A stretch of 64,000 nt of DNA from Dictyostelium discoideum. Lineage: Eukaryota. The translations under genes and the position numbers were made by a program. Positions 23,998 to 34,016 of this stretch are shown here, in pieces. The notes under the pieces were generated by a model. That model made no database searches and was not told where the DNA came from. It saw nothing but the letters and a program-made list of their open reading frames with translations. The DNA lies in the NCBI GenBank assembly GCA_000004695.1, contig CM000155.2, positions 576,001 to 640,000 of the forward strand. The letters are read 5' to 3'. Position 1 is the stretch's first letter. Each line of letters starts with the position of its first letter.

Positions 23998-25077
23998 TTA
24001 AATGCTTTGTTGTTTGTGGTTTATAATGAGTGTGTATAATTTTGTTGTTTGGTTTTTTGTTAGTGACCAGTTTTTGTTTCCATTGCAATTTTTATATATA
24101 AAATATTTTAATTTGTCGTGGTTTATGAAGTTGATTGTGTGCTGACAATTGAAAAACAAATGACCATAGGGATCATTATTCATTTCATTGTTGCAAATGG
24201 GGCAAACTTTGTTGTGTAGATGATTAATCGGAAGACATCTAGCATGGAATCTTTGCATTGTATCACGCCCTTTTGGATCTTTTAATTTTTGAATTTTGAC
24301 AAATAGTTGGTCGTATGTGTATTTCCATAATAGTTGTATTGATTGTTGGTGCGAAGTAAGAAGTAGATCTGAATATTTCTTGCCAATATAGTCTTTTGAT
24401 TTACATTGGTGATTGTTGAGTATTGTCGAGTAGATTTCTTTGAGTGTTGGTGGTAGTGGAATATTATTTGTGTTTAATGTTTGAGAGGTTTGATTTTTTA
24501 TTAATATTGGTTGTAGGATTTGAACTTTATCTTTTAGATGTCCAATTTGAGTTGCATAGTTTTCCCATTCTCTTTTGATTTTTATAAGGTATGGAGAAGA
24601 GATTGATTTGTTGATGATTTGATCCATCCAACTTATCATGTATATTGAATTATTTGCCGATTTATGCATTTGTAAAAATCTGTTGTATATCCAAATCTTT
24701 TGAGCAACTTGTCGTAATTGTATATTCCACATACCCCAACCACCTTCTTTTAATGGTTTTAATGATCTATCATAACACATCAAAGGTATTTTTGCACGTG
24801 AATGGATGGTTGATGTGTTATTTTCAATGGAATTGGCATTGAGAGTTGGTGATTCAGAATTTGTGGGAGAATTCATAAACCATGAGATTAATTTATTAAT
24901 TTGAATTTCTTCATCTTTTGTAAATTCTTCAAGGTATGATAAATATGTTATTGGTGATAGTGAGTAGGTGTTTATGATGGTTGTTTTTGTTTTTAATGTT
25001 GTGCCACTAGTTTTCCATAGTACTAATGATTTATTCAATGTTTTCATTGTTTCTGGTAATTTCCATATGTAAACCAT
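23998..25077 (-). CDS. C-terminal part of ORF2 (zinc-knuckle domain), in a different frame from the RT part (frameshifted copy)
   Basis: 359-aa ORF overlaps the end of ORF 25031..27367 by 47 nt. It contains HARCLPINHLHNKVCPICNNEMNNDPYGHLFFNCQHT, which is conserved in the second element in this window. Confidence 0.6.
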   Translation of the reverse strand: MVYIWKLPETMKTLNKSLVLWKTSGTTLKTKTTIINTYSLSPITYLSYLEEFTKDEEIQINKLISWFMNSPTNSESPTLNANSIENNTSTIHSRAKIPLMCYDRSLKPLKEGGWGMWNIQLRQVAQKIWIYNRFLQMHKSANNSIYMISWMDQIINKSISSPYLIKIKREWENYATQIGHLKDKVQILQPILIKNQTSQTLNTNNIPLPPTLKEIYSTILNNHQCKSKDYIGKKYSDLLLTSHQQSIQLLWKYTYDQLFVKIQKLKDPKGRDTMQRFHARCLPINHLHNKVCPICNNEMNNDPYGHLFFNCQHTINFINHDKLKYFIYKNCNGNKNWSLTKNQTTKLYTLIINHKQQSI

Positions 25078-27367
25078 TATGATTAAAGAAATAGCTAAGG
25101 ACTCTTTCTGATTGATCTTTTTTGGTTATTGGTATTCTTTTTGATTGTGGAGTATTGTTTATTATGTGTTTATCAGTGATTTTGTGGGGGTTGATTTCTA
25201 TTATTGCACTTTTGTCAAAATTTAATGATGATGATGTTGAAGCGCAGAAATTATCGAAATGTTTGATTGATTGTTGTTGTTGTTCGTAGTTGATGTTGTA
25301 TGTTGTAGAGTCGTCTGCAAATTGGGTAAATTTGATTTTAATTTGTGGATTGGGTGAAATTGGTAAACCAATTATTGAATTGTCTGCATTTATTGTTCTT
25401 GCTAATATTTCAATTACAATTACAAATAAAGTGGCTTGTTTTACACCTTGTTTTACACCTCTTTTAATATCGAATTTTCTGGTTGTTTTACCATTAATTG
25501 AAATTTTTGCTTGTGAGTCAGATAATAGCTTGTGGATTAAATTTATTAATTTTATTGGTATACCAATATGAATTAATGTTCTTTTAATACTATCGTGAGA
25601 GATAGAATCAAATGCTTTAAAGAAGTCAAATAGTGTGATGATACCAGGGAGGTTTTTAGATTTGAGGTAGTTGATTAAATCATTGATGTTGATGATGTTG
25701 TCTATGATGAATCTGTGGGGTACGAAACCAGTTTGGTTGTTGTTGATGATGAAAGGAAGTATTCTCAGAAGACGTGCATTGATTACTTTTGAGAGGATCT
25801 TGTAATCAGTGTTTAGAAGTGTAATGGGACGACGATTTGATATGAGTAACGGGTTGCCTTTCTTGTATATTGTGTGTATAAGACCTTCGGTGAATTCTGT
25901 TGTGATGTGGTGAGGATTTTCTAGTATATCGTTGAATAATGTAGTGAGAATTGGTTTAACTTGGTTTAAATGATTAATGTAGAATGCATTTGTAACGCCA
26001 TCTGGACCGGGTGATTTGTTGGGGTTACAGGTTTTAATTGCAGCTTCAACTTCATCTTGTATAAATGGTGAGTCTAAACCATTCCAATATTCATTTTTTA
26101 TGATGGGCCATGTGTTTAGCATGAGCTGGTGAGTAATTGGACAACATATTTGTAAGCTATATAGATTTGTGTAGAATTCAACAAACGCATTTTCAATTTG
26201 GTCGGGGTCGGATGTAATGATGTTACCATATTGGATTGATTCAATTTTTGCATCTTTTGATCTTTTGTTTAGTATTGCTGATAGATACTTGCTAGGTATT
26301 TCTCCATTTATATGTTTTTTTAATATGTTTGTGTGGTTTTGATGTAGTTTGTTTTTGTTACATATAATATTGTATTCAGCGATGCATTGTTCTTCAAGAT
26401 GTTTGAATTTTGCTGCTTTTTCTAATAGTATTTGTTTTGCACGTTGAGTTTGTTTGTCTTTGTTATATTGATAGTTTTTTAGAGTTTTTATAATTTTTGA
26501 TTTTACTTTTGACCAGTTTGTAAATTGATTGATTGATGTGTTATTGTGATTAGTTATTAAATGATTGATAATATTGATTGCTTCATGGTCATTTGCAGTA
26601 CCAGGTGATAATATCCATCTTTTCTTATGTTTATTTATTTGAAAAGGTGAAGAAATTGTTGTTGATATTGGATTATGATCTGATAATGAAGATGGAATTT
26701 GGTGGACTTGTGTATATATATTTTCAGGGTCTATTCTATTGTATTGAGTATATATTCTATCTAATCTGTTGCCATGTGTATGAGTTGGAGTGTTTTTAAA
26801 TTCACCTTGATCAATTAGATGGTGTTGGTATGTGTAGGATTGGATAATATCATCTAATAGTGAATTGTCGTTGTGGATACAGTTGAAATCTCCTGCGATA
26901 ATAGATACATGTTGGGATTGGTTTGGTATTGGGTTTGTTGAGTGGTTGTGGAGAAGTGTTTGTAGTGAAGTTGCATATGAATTCTTTTTGATGGTATTAT
27001 TTGATGCTGGTGCGTAAATTCCAAGAATACCAATTGGTAATTGATTTGGAAATATAACGTCTGCTAAAATAGCTCTACCATCAATTGTTGATATGTGTTT
27101 GAGTTTGAGTGTGTTTGGGTTATGGTTAATGATGATTACACCATTTCCTCGTTTGGTGACAGAGATGATGTGATCGGGAAAATCATGTTTAAGTTGTAAT
27201 GGTGATGAATTGAGTTCAGTGAGTATTGAGATTGTTGGACGAGGTGGAAGTTTTGATATAAGTAGTTGTAGTGTGTCAACAGCTTTTTGGTAGGAATTGT
27301 GTTGATTGTTTGGGTTTTCAGTGAATCCTCTACAATTCCATGTTATAAAGTTGATTTTTGAGCTCAT
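25031..27367 (-). CDS. retrotransposon ORF2, AP-endonuclease + reverse transcriptase domains (778 aa)
   Basis: N-terminal EEP-nuclease-like MSSKINFITWNCRGF...IIAGDFNC. RT motifs PGIITLFDFFKAFDSISHD, KRGVKQG, QFADDSTTY. Confidence 0.8.
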   Translation of the reverse strand: MSSKINFITWNCRGFTENPNNQHNSYQKAVDTLQLLISKLPPRPTISILTELNSSPLQLKHDFPDHIISVTKRGNGVIIINHNPNTLKLKHISTIDGRAILADVIFPNQLPIGILGIYAPASNNTIKKNSYATSLQTLLHNHSTNPIPNQSQHVSIIAGDFNCIHNDNSLLDDIIQSYTYQHHLIDQGEFKNTPTHTHGNRLDRIYTQYNRIDPENIYTQVHQIPSSLSDHNPISTTISSPFQINKHKKRWILSPGTANDHEAINIINHLITNHNNTSINQFTNWSKVKSKIIKTLKNYQYNKDKQTQRAKQILLEKAAKFKHLEEQCIAEYNIICNKNKLHQNHTNILKKHINGEIPSKYLSAILNKRSKDAKIESIQYGNIITSDPDQIENAFVEFYTNLYSLQICCPITHQLMLNTWPIIKNEYWNGLDSPFIQDEVEAAIKTCNPNKSPGPDGVTNAFYINHLNQVKPILTTLFNDILENPHHITTEFTEGLIHTIYKKGNPLLISNRRPITLLNTDYKILSKVINARLLRILPFIINNNQTGFVPHRFIIDNIININDLINYLKSKNLPGIITLFDFFKAFDSISHDSIKRTLIHIGIPIKLINLIHKLLSDSQAKISINGKTTRKFDIKRGVKQGVKQATLFVIVIEILARTINADNSIIGLPISPNPQIKIKFTQFADDSTTYNINYEQQQQSIKHFDNFCASTSSSLNFDKSAIIEINPHKITDKHIINNTPQSKRIPITKKDQSERVLSYFFNHNGLHMEITRNNENIE

Positions 27368-28572
27368 ACCTTACTAGGTTTGGCAGCACCAGTATTGACT
27401 GGTTGTGTAGTCAGGGCATTGCTGCTTCTTCTTGTATTTATTGTATTTGGAGTTGGTGCACTTGGTTTGTTTGGTTGAGATTGTAGAGGTTTTTGTGGTA
27501 CAATTGTTGGATCGGTTGGATTGCTCATTGATAATGAGTTTTTCCCGTTATTATTATTTGAAGAATCACTTTTGTGTGAAATTTCATTATTGTTTTGGGA
27601 TTGATTGTTAATATCAAGTGATTCATTTAGTATAGCTTTTGAACCACTATTTTGAAGTGAGTTATTATTGCGATTGGAATTTGCAATTTCGTTGATTGGT
27701 GGGGTGTTAATGTTGTTTTTTGGTGGTTGATTGTTTTTGTTCATGTTTGGGTTTGTGATGGCATTTTTTATAGTTGTTGCCATATCTGCATTTTTTGCAT
27801 GTTGAATTTTGTGTTTAGTGACACTACGTGTTGCAGCTTTGATATATCTTGTGATACCAGATGGTTGTTCGATCTTTTGATCAACAATGTTGTGTGTGTG
27901 ATCAATTAGATGATATGTTATAATGTAGCTTTTAAACGCAACAGCATATGAGTATGTGACAGTAAATGATTCAATTGATGTACAACTGGTGAATTTAGTG
28001 AGGTTGTTTGTAATTGCATCGTTTGCATGTTTGGGTGAGTACGTTTTAATGAATGTTTTAATGATTGCATAATCATTTGATGATATATCGAATCTATAGT
28101 TGAGTTTGTCGATATTTAGTGCAAGTTGGTTTTGAAGGTTGATTATTGAAGTTAATTTATCAACGTTGCAATTTACGAAGGCAGTTGCACCAATTATTTT
28201 GAATGCTGATGGCGACAGTATATCTTCGAAGAGTTTGTGAATGTTTTTGTGAATTTGTTGAATTCTTGTGTCATCTTTTGAGGTTAATTCTTCACGGATG
28301 TGTGGTTGATTAAAGTAACACTTAATGTTGATGGTGTTATTGTTTTTTTCTAAGAAAGAGAGTGGTCTTGTGATTGATGGAGGTGCAATGATATCTAATT
28401 GATTATCAAGTCCTTTGTTTAGTGAGAGTTGGTTTGTTGGGGTTTGTTTTTTAGGTGTGTCGATTTTTGCACTTTTATTTTTTGTTGTTGAGGTTGTGGA
28501 GGTATTATTTGTATTGGTCGTGTTGTTATCTGTATGATTTAACTGTAATTCAGTTGAGTGATCATCAGCCAT
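27364..28572 (-). CDS. retrotransposon ORF1 (402 aa)
   Basis: ORF track entry. Ser/Thr/Asn-rich and basic. Its stop overlaps the ORF2 ATG as ATGA. Confidence 0.7.
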   Translation of the reverse strand: MADDHSTELQLNHTDNNTTNTNNTSTTSTTKNKSAKIDTPKKQTPTNQLSLNKGLDNQLDIIAPPSITRPLSFLEKNNNTINIKCYFNQPHIREELTSKDDTRIQQIHKNIHKLFEDILSPSAFKIIGATAFVNCNVDKLTSIINLQNQLALNIDKLNYRFDISSNDYAIIKTFIKTYSPKHANDAITNNLTKFTSCTSIESFTVTYSYAVAFKSYIITYHLIDHTHNIVDQKIEQPSGITRYIKAATRSVTKHKIQHAKNADMATTIKNAITNPNMNKNNQPPKNNINTPPINEIANSNRNNNSLQNSGSKAILNESLDINNQSQNNNEISHKSDSSNNNNGKNSLSMSNPTDPTIVPQKPLQSQPNKPSAPTPNTINTRRSSNALTTQPVNTGAAKPSKV

Positions 28573-28763
28573 TGTTGAAAAGTATATAGGACGATAGCCC
28601 TTGCTTTAATGAGCAAAAAAAGGGTAAAATTAAGAGGAATGAATGTGGCGGTGAAGATATAACAGTGATTTATTTATTATATGTATAAATTCTCGTTTAT
28701 TTCTTTGTTTTTTCGGTTTTTTTTTCGTTTTTTTCGTAAAAAATATATTTCCCAAAAACAATG

Positions 28764-28843
28764 TGGAAGATGAGGGACTCGAACCCACGACCCCGGAGGA
28801 TAGAGCCTAAATCTATTGTCTTAACCATCTCGACCAATCTTCC
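28764..28843 (-). tRNA. tRNA-Leu (anticodon UAG), class II with long variable arm
   Basis: The reverse complement folds by hand. Acceptor GGAAGAT/ATCTTCC, D arm GTC-GAGATGGTTAA-GAC, anticodon stem ATAGA/TCTAT with loop TTTAGGC, variable arm CCTCCGGGGTC, T arm GTGGG-TTCGAGT-CCCTC (one T-T mismatch). The layout matches human tRNA-Leu-TAG. A T5 terminator lies downstream on the minus strand. Confidence 0.75.
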
Positions 28844-28900
28844 ATGTCAAGGTTAAAATTTTTTTTCGTCCAATCTTCCGTCTCAACCTTAAAATTTTTC
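28834..28900. repeat. diverged tandem duplication of a ~33-bp unit that includes the first 10 nt of tRNA-Leu
   Basis: CCAATCTTCCATGTCAAGGTTAAAATTTTT is followed immediately by CCAATCTTCCGTCTCAACCTTAAAATTTTT (26 of 30 identical). Confidence 0.5.
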
Positions 28901-29107
28901 ATTTAATTTTCAATATTATTATTATATGTTTGAATTGGCTCAATATCTTTTGATAATTCATTTAAGAAGCCCATCATATACTTGAATCAAGGTTGGAATC
29001 CAATCCTGTTGGCCTTTGGTGTAGAATTGATGATTGGACATATCGATAGAATTGAAACCAGTAAAAAGTTTTTTTTTTTTTTTTTTTGTTGACCTGGAAT
29101 GAGTGGA

Positions 29108-29150
<43 letters not shown>

Positions 29151-29591
29151 TTTAAAATATATTTTTATACACAAATAAAAATGGTAAAGAGGATTAAAAA
29201 AAAAAAAAAAAAAAAATTAAAAATGAAAAAATATTTTTTGGGGTAAAACAAGGGGTGTGAATATCTTAAAATTTTTTTTTTTTTTTTTTGCTAAAAACGA
29301 TCATTTTTACTATTATTTTTTTAATTTTATTACTTGACCGCTTGTGACACAGTAAATAGAGGTCCACAATTGTTTGTAAAGATTTTGTGCAAATTGATAT
29401 ATTCAATATTTCACTGGACAAATAATTGGTAGACCCACTGCGAACCCATGGAAGTTTTGATTTATCATGTAGTTTCATCGTCGTTAGAGTGTATAAAATG
29501 AAATCATTACTATTTTTTATACAACCTTAATTTCGAGAGTCTATGAATGATTTTAATTTTAAAAACTTCATTAAACGTTCATTGAATCAAT

Positions 29592-29687
<96 letters not shown>
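29592..29687. repeat. (GAT)32 microsatellite; in frame with an upstream ATG it would encode ~32 consecutive Met
   Basis: direct read. Confidence 0.9.
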
Positions 29688-29688
<1 letters not shown>

Positions 29689-30323
29689 AGCATTATATCA
29701 TCATCATCATTAAAATTACAATCACTATTAAATAATAATAATAATGATATGTTTTCAATTTATAGTGATAAAAGAGAGAGATGATTGAACAAAAATCCTA
29801 TGAAATTTCAAAACTCAAAACAAAAAAAAATTGTGGTTGTTACTGTCATTACTTAAGCCATTACTATTAATAGTCTTTCTAATTAGTGCAAGAGTATATT
29901 CTAAATGGTTAATTCTATATAGAAACATCATTTTTTCCTTTTTAACTAGTTTAATGTAAGCCAATATTGATCATTATAAATAAAGGAACACACAATTAAT
30001 ATTATATGAATGCTGTAAAGCGTGAATCAAAACTAACTTTATTTTTTTCATTTTTTTCAGTTTTTATAATTTTCGATCGAGGAGTTTCCAACGAAAACTC
30101 TAAAATATATAAAAACAAAATAAATTATTTTAATTATTATTTTAATTATTATTGTTTAATTGTTATTCATTATTATTCTTATTATTATTAGTATTATTAA
30201 TTTTTTTTTTTTTTTTTTTTAATATTGGATTAACAAGATTGATATATGTCCATCTGTGTTAATACGAGTTTTTATTTAATATTTATTTATAGGCTTATCA
30301 TTTAAGCTGAAGGGTTATTTTAA

Positions 30324-33300
30324 TCATATGAATTGATCAAAAGATATAATATTTGGGAGAGATGATTCTGGAATACAATAGTAATTAGCTGTTGTTTTTC
30401 TTAGCTTGATCGTTGAGGTGAGAAGGATCTTAGGATCTTTGAAATTATTATGGTCTTTTGCTGATAAGTTTTTCAGATCTTTTGCTTTTTTGATGTATTC
30501 TAGAGTGGCCAATTTGTGCCATTTCTTTAGAAGGGAGCTGTATGATAATGATTCATTTGTTAAAGGATCTTCACTGTATATTTGATTGCAAATCCAAATC
30601 CAAATGTTGTGGAGGATAAGGGCCATTAGGTTTCTATATGCGAATGATCTGGTTAGATCATAGTCTATTGCTTTATAGTTCCATTCAAAGTATTCTTTGT
30701 GGAATCTGTGGTTGGCGTAATCTGCATTCACTTTTTGATCTTTTTTGGCTGTCGGTGATAATTTTGGAGTTATTCTATTAATGAAATTGTTATTTTGCCT
30801 AATTCTTGTATGGTGCCAGTTTTTACCTTTGCCTGTGGTAATATAGATGAAATTTTTGAGTTTATTTATTTTTATGAATTGTTTTGTTTTCTTGCATGAG
30901 AAGAACAGGTGACCGTATGGGTCTTTGCTCATATCTTCTTTGCAGAGTGGGCATTGTTTGTTGTGAAGATAGTTTATTGGAAGGCATCTGGCATGGAATC
31001 TAAACATTGTGTCTCTTGTTTTAGGGTCTTTTATCTTCAGTATGTTGTTGAAGAGTTGATTATAGCTGTAGCCTCTTAAGTTTAGAGATGATTGGAATTC
31101 CGTTTTAGGGATGGTTGGATTTTGGTCTTGAATTGTGGTATACCATTCTGCCAGTGAAAGTGGTTGTCCATTTTCGTTTTTTATGGATGTGAGATTATTG
31201 TTGAAGATTGCTTTTTTTATTCTTATTTTGTTCCATTCGTCTAAGTTTTCTTTTAGGTATCTGGATGTGAATTTGTTTTTTTGGATCTGATATTCCCAGC
31301 TTTTGTGATGAGATGAGTTTGTTTGTTTGGTTTCTAGTGCTAGGATGAACTGGTTTATGATCCAAAGTTTCTGCGCCAGTTGTCTCAATTCTATATTCCA
31401 AATGTTCCAGCCCCCTACTTTTAGTGGGTATCTTGCTCTTTTGGTTCTCATTAAATTAATAACTTGAAATCCACTAGCATTTTTGTTGTTTGGTGCCGAT
31501 AAAAACCATTCGACTAATTTATTGATTTGGTTTAATTCCTCTTCCTTAAAGTTCTCTACATATGAATAGTAGGTTAATTTAGAGAGTGCGAATGCTTTGA
31601 GGATGTTGGTTTTGGTTTTTATTGTTGAGTCAGTGGTTTTCCATAGTACTAAGGATGATCTTATTGTGTTTAATATTTCTGGCATTTTTCTTGTTATCCC
31701 TTTACCTGTGAAGAAGTATCCCAAGTATCTTTCTGGATTTGTAGATATTGGAATTCTTTGGTTGGTATTGTCTGGGTTGCCTATAAGAATTGATGAAGAT
31801 TTGTCGATGTTTAGTTTTGAGGAAGTGGCTTTGCAAAATGAATTGAAGTGTTGTAGTACTAATTCAAGTTGTTGAGAGTCTGGGACCATTGAAGCCGAGT
31901 CGTCTGCAAAGCTTTGGAATTTCTCTCTGTGGTTGCTGTTGTTTAGAGGAAGGCCAGTAATTCGATCATCTTGTAAAATTTTTCTAGCTAAAGCCTCTAT
32001 TACAAGGACGAACAGTGTGGGTGATAGTGGATCTCCTTGTTTAACTCCTCTTTTGATCTCAAAGGGTATAGTAATTTCAATTCTTGCTTCAGATTTGGTG
32101 AGTAGATTCATTATCAGGTTGATTATATTGGTTGGAATGTTGATGTGTTGTAGTGATCTAAGTATTGAACCGTGTGAGATCGAGTCAAAAGCTTTTTCGA
32201 AATCATATAGTGTAATTATTCCGTTAATTCTTTTATCATTACAATAGTTGATTAATTCGTTCATTGATATGATATTATCTAGAATGAATCTGCCTGGTAC
32301 GAAACCTTTTTGATTGTGGTTGATCACTTTCGTTAGTATTGGGATTATTCTATTGTTTATTAGCTTTGAGTGGATTTTATATATCCAGTTAGCCAGTGTA
32401 ATTGGTCTTCTGTTTTTGATTAGTTCGGGGTCTCCCTTTTTAGGTATCGTGATAATGAGGCCTTCTTTGTAATTTTTGCTAATTAGATGAGGATTTCTTA
32501 GAGTGTCGTTGAATGCTGAGGCCAGTATTGGAGCTAGTTTTTCTTTGTGTGTTATGTAGAATAAGTTTGGAATTCCATCTGGGCCTGGAGATTTGTGTGG
32601 GTTCAATTGTTTTATTACTTCTAGGATCTCTTGTGATGTGAATTCATTTTCAAGGTTGTCCCATGTTGAGTCCCTGGTCACTGTCCAATTTTCCAACATT
32701 TCATAATGAGATGGTGGGTCATCTTCTTTGTAGTCATAAAGATTTGAGTAATATTTTACGTATTCTTCTTCGATCAATTCCTGTTTGTTGATTGTTCTAC
32801 CTTGTGCATCTTTTACTGCGTTGATGGTGAAATCATTGTGTCTTTTCTTGATTCTCGCGGAGATGTACTTGAGTGAGGTTTCTTCGCAATAGTTGTTCAA
32901 TTCTTGTTTAAGTTGTTCTTCTCTTTTTTTAGATTCATTTATTGCTGAAAGGGTTGCGAAGGCTTGGTCTTTAAATTCTGTCTCTAGTAGGGAGATTAGA
33001 TTTTTGATGTTTGCCTTATTGTTGTAGTCATTTTGTTTTTGAAATTCTGTGTATAGTTGTTTTATTTTGTTTAGTAAGCTGTTGAGTTGAGAGAAGGAAA
33101 TAGAGTTATGGTTGGATGACAGCTCCCTTGAATAATCGTTAAGTAGGAAGTCTATTTTCTTAAGCATTATGCTTGAGAGGATTGAGGATTTTTTTAATCT
33201 CCATCTGCGCTTGTTCATCTGTATGTTGGGTAGAGTGAAGGTGGTTGATAGGAAGTTGTGATCTGATAGAGGTATGTCATTAATTTTTGGGGGGATTAGG

Positions 33301-34016
33301 TTCCTTAAGTATAATTGGCTGTAGTTGATTATGCTATTGTTAAGGTATATTCTGTCTAGTCTCCTTTCCAAGATTCTTGTGAGGTTATTGTTTGTGTTGT
33401 GTATCGTTCTTGAGAAGGTGGGTCTTTTATTTAGTTGGTCCATATCCATTAGGTTATTTGAAATTCTGATGGCTTCGATTACTGTGGCCATCTCATCTGG
33501 GGATTGTGTTGTCAAGTTGCCTTGGTCATCATTTGATGTGTGATTGTCATTGAAGTCTAAACAATTGAAGTCGCCTGCTATGATGTCGATGTTTTTTTTA
33601 GGGTTAGACGTTAGGTTGTGGTATTGGTTGTTGAAGTGTTTGTTTAGTGTTGAAGCTAGTATTTTTCTTTTATCAGGTTGGGCCGGGGCGTATATGGCCA
33701 AGATTCTCGTTGTGGTATCTTTTATTAGAATGTCTGATATTATTAGTCTACCTTCTATTATGAATATTGGTGAGAGTTTTATGTTTTGGTTGTTGTGGTT
33801 TAGTATTCCTATTCCGTTGCCTCTTTTGGTTGCGCTAATGATGGAGCCAGGGAATAGCTGGTGTGCTTGTGTTGCGTCGGCGTTGAGTTCATTGACTATG
33901 GTTAGTGCCAATGAGTTTGGGGGGGATTGGGATTTGATAAAGTCTGTTTTGTTTTTGAAGGAGGTGTCAGTGCCCCAACCTCTGACATTCCATTGGTTGA
34001 TTTTGATTACTACCAT
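30324..34016 (-). CDS. retrotransposon ORF2: AP-endonuclease + reverse transcriptase + zinc-knuckle, intact 1230 aa
   Basis: MVVIKINQWNVRGWG...IIAGDFNC (EEP nuclease). RT motifs NGIITLYDFEKAFDSISH, KRGVKQGDPLSPTLFVL, FADDSA. C-terminal CPLC...DPYGHLFFSC. Confidence 0.85.
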   Translation of the reverse strand: MVVIKINQWNVRGWGTDTSFKNKTDFIKSQSPPNSLALTIVNELNADATQAHQLFPGSIISATKRGNGIGILNHNNQNIKLSPIFIIEGRLIISDILIKDTTTRILAIYAPAQPDKRKILASTLNKHFNNQYHNLTSNPKKNIDIIAGDFNCLDFNDNHTSNDDQGNLTTQSPDEMATVIEAIRISNNLMDMDQLNKRPTFSRTIHNTNNNLTRILERRLDRIYLNNSIINYSQLYLRNLIPPKINDIPLSDHNFLSTTFTLPNIQMNKRRWRLKKSSILSSIMLKKIDFLLNDYSRELSSNHNSISFSQLNSLLNKIKQLYTEFQKQNDYNNKANIKNLISLLETEFKDQAFATLSAINESKKREEQLKQELNNYCEETSLKYISARIKKRHNDFTINAVKDAQGRTINKQELIEEEYVKYYSNLYDYKEDDPPSHYEMLENWTVTRDSTWDNLENEFTSQEILEVIKQLNPHKSPGPDGIPNLFYITHKEKLAPILASAFNDTLRNPHLISKNYKEGLIITIPKKGDPELIKNRRPITLANWIYKIHSKLINNRIIPILTKVINHNQKGFVPGRFILDNIISMNELINYCNDKRINGIITLYDFEKAFDSISHGSILRSLQHINIPTNIINLIMNLLTKSEARIEITIPFEIKRGVKQGDPLSPTLFVLVIEALARKILQDDRITGLPLNNSNHREKFQSFADDSASMVPDSQQLELVLQHFNSFCKATSSKLNIDKSSSILIGNPDNTNQRIPISTNPERYLGYFFTGKGITRKMPEILNTIRSSLVLWKTTDSTIKTKTNILKAFALSKLTYYSYVENFKEEELNQINKLVEWFLSAPNNKNASGFQVINLMRTKRARYPLKVGGWNIWNIELRQLAQKLWIINQFILALETKQTNSSHHKSWEYQIQKNKFTSRYLKENLDEWNKIRIKKAIFNNNLTSIKNENGQPLSLAEWYTTIQDQNPTIPKTEFQSSLNLRGYSYNQLFNNILKIKDPKTRDTMFRFHARCLPINYLHNKQCPLCKEDMSKDPYGHLFFSCKKTKQFIKINKLKNFIYITTGKGKNWHHTRIRQNNNFINRITPKLSPTAKKDQKVNADYANHRFHKEYFEWNYKAIDYDLTRSFAYRNLMALILHNIWIWICNQIYSEDPLTNESLSYSSLLKKWHKLATLEYIKKAKDLKNLSAKDHNNFKDPKILLTSTIKLRKTTANYYCIPESSLPNIISFDQFI

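Larger units (their letters stand above)
23422..28700 (-). mobile_element. TRE3-like tRNA-targeted non-LTR retrotransposon (~5.2 kb), 3' poly(A) at 23422..23444, 5' end within ~30-150 bp of tRNA-Leu
   Basis: ORF1 and ORF2 (AP-endonuclease + reverse transcriptase + C-terminal CPxC...DPYGHLFFNC zinc knuckle) lie on the minus strand. The plus-strand (T)23 marks the oligo(A) tail. The element sits head-to-tail just downstream of a minus-strand tRNA, the documented TRE3 pattern. The 5' boundary is approximate. Confidence 0.7.

Noticed and set aside
28920-29060. Possible C/D-box snoRNA or tRNA remnant in the moderately GC stretch GAAGCCCATCAT...GGTTGGAATCCAATCC...TGATGATTGG
   Set aside because: A UGAUGA-like box is present, but no correctly placed CUGA D box, no terminal stem and no tRNA-like fold could be built by hand. 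Left as an unexplained GC island rather than a feature.
29266-29478. 70-aa ORF 29266..29478(-) in the region between tRNA-Leu and TRE3 element 2
   Set aside because: It has no motif and ends in a poly-Lys run from an A tract. The region has unusual composition but no frame stays open convincingly. It was kept only as part of the ORF-poor GC-island observation.
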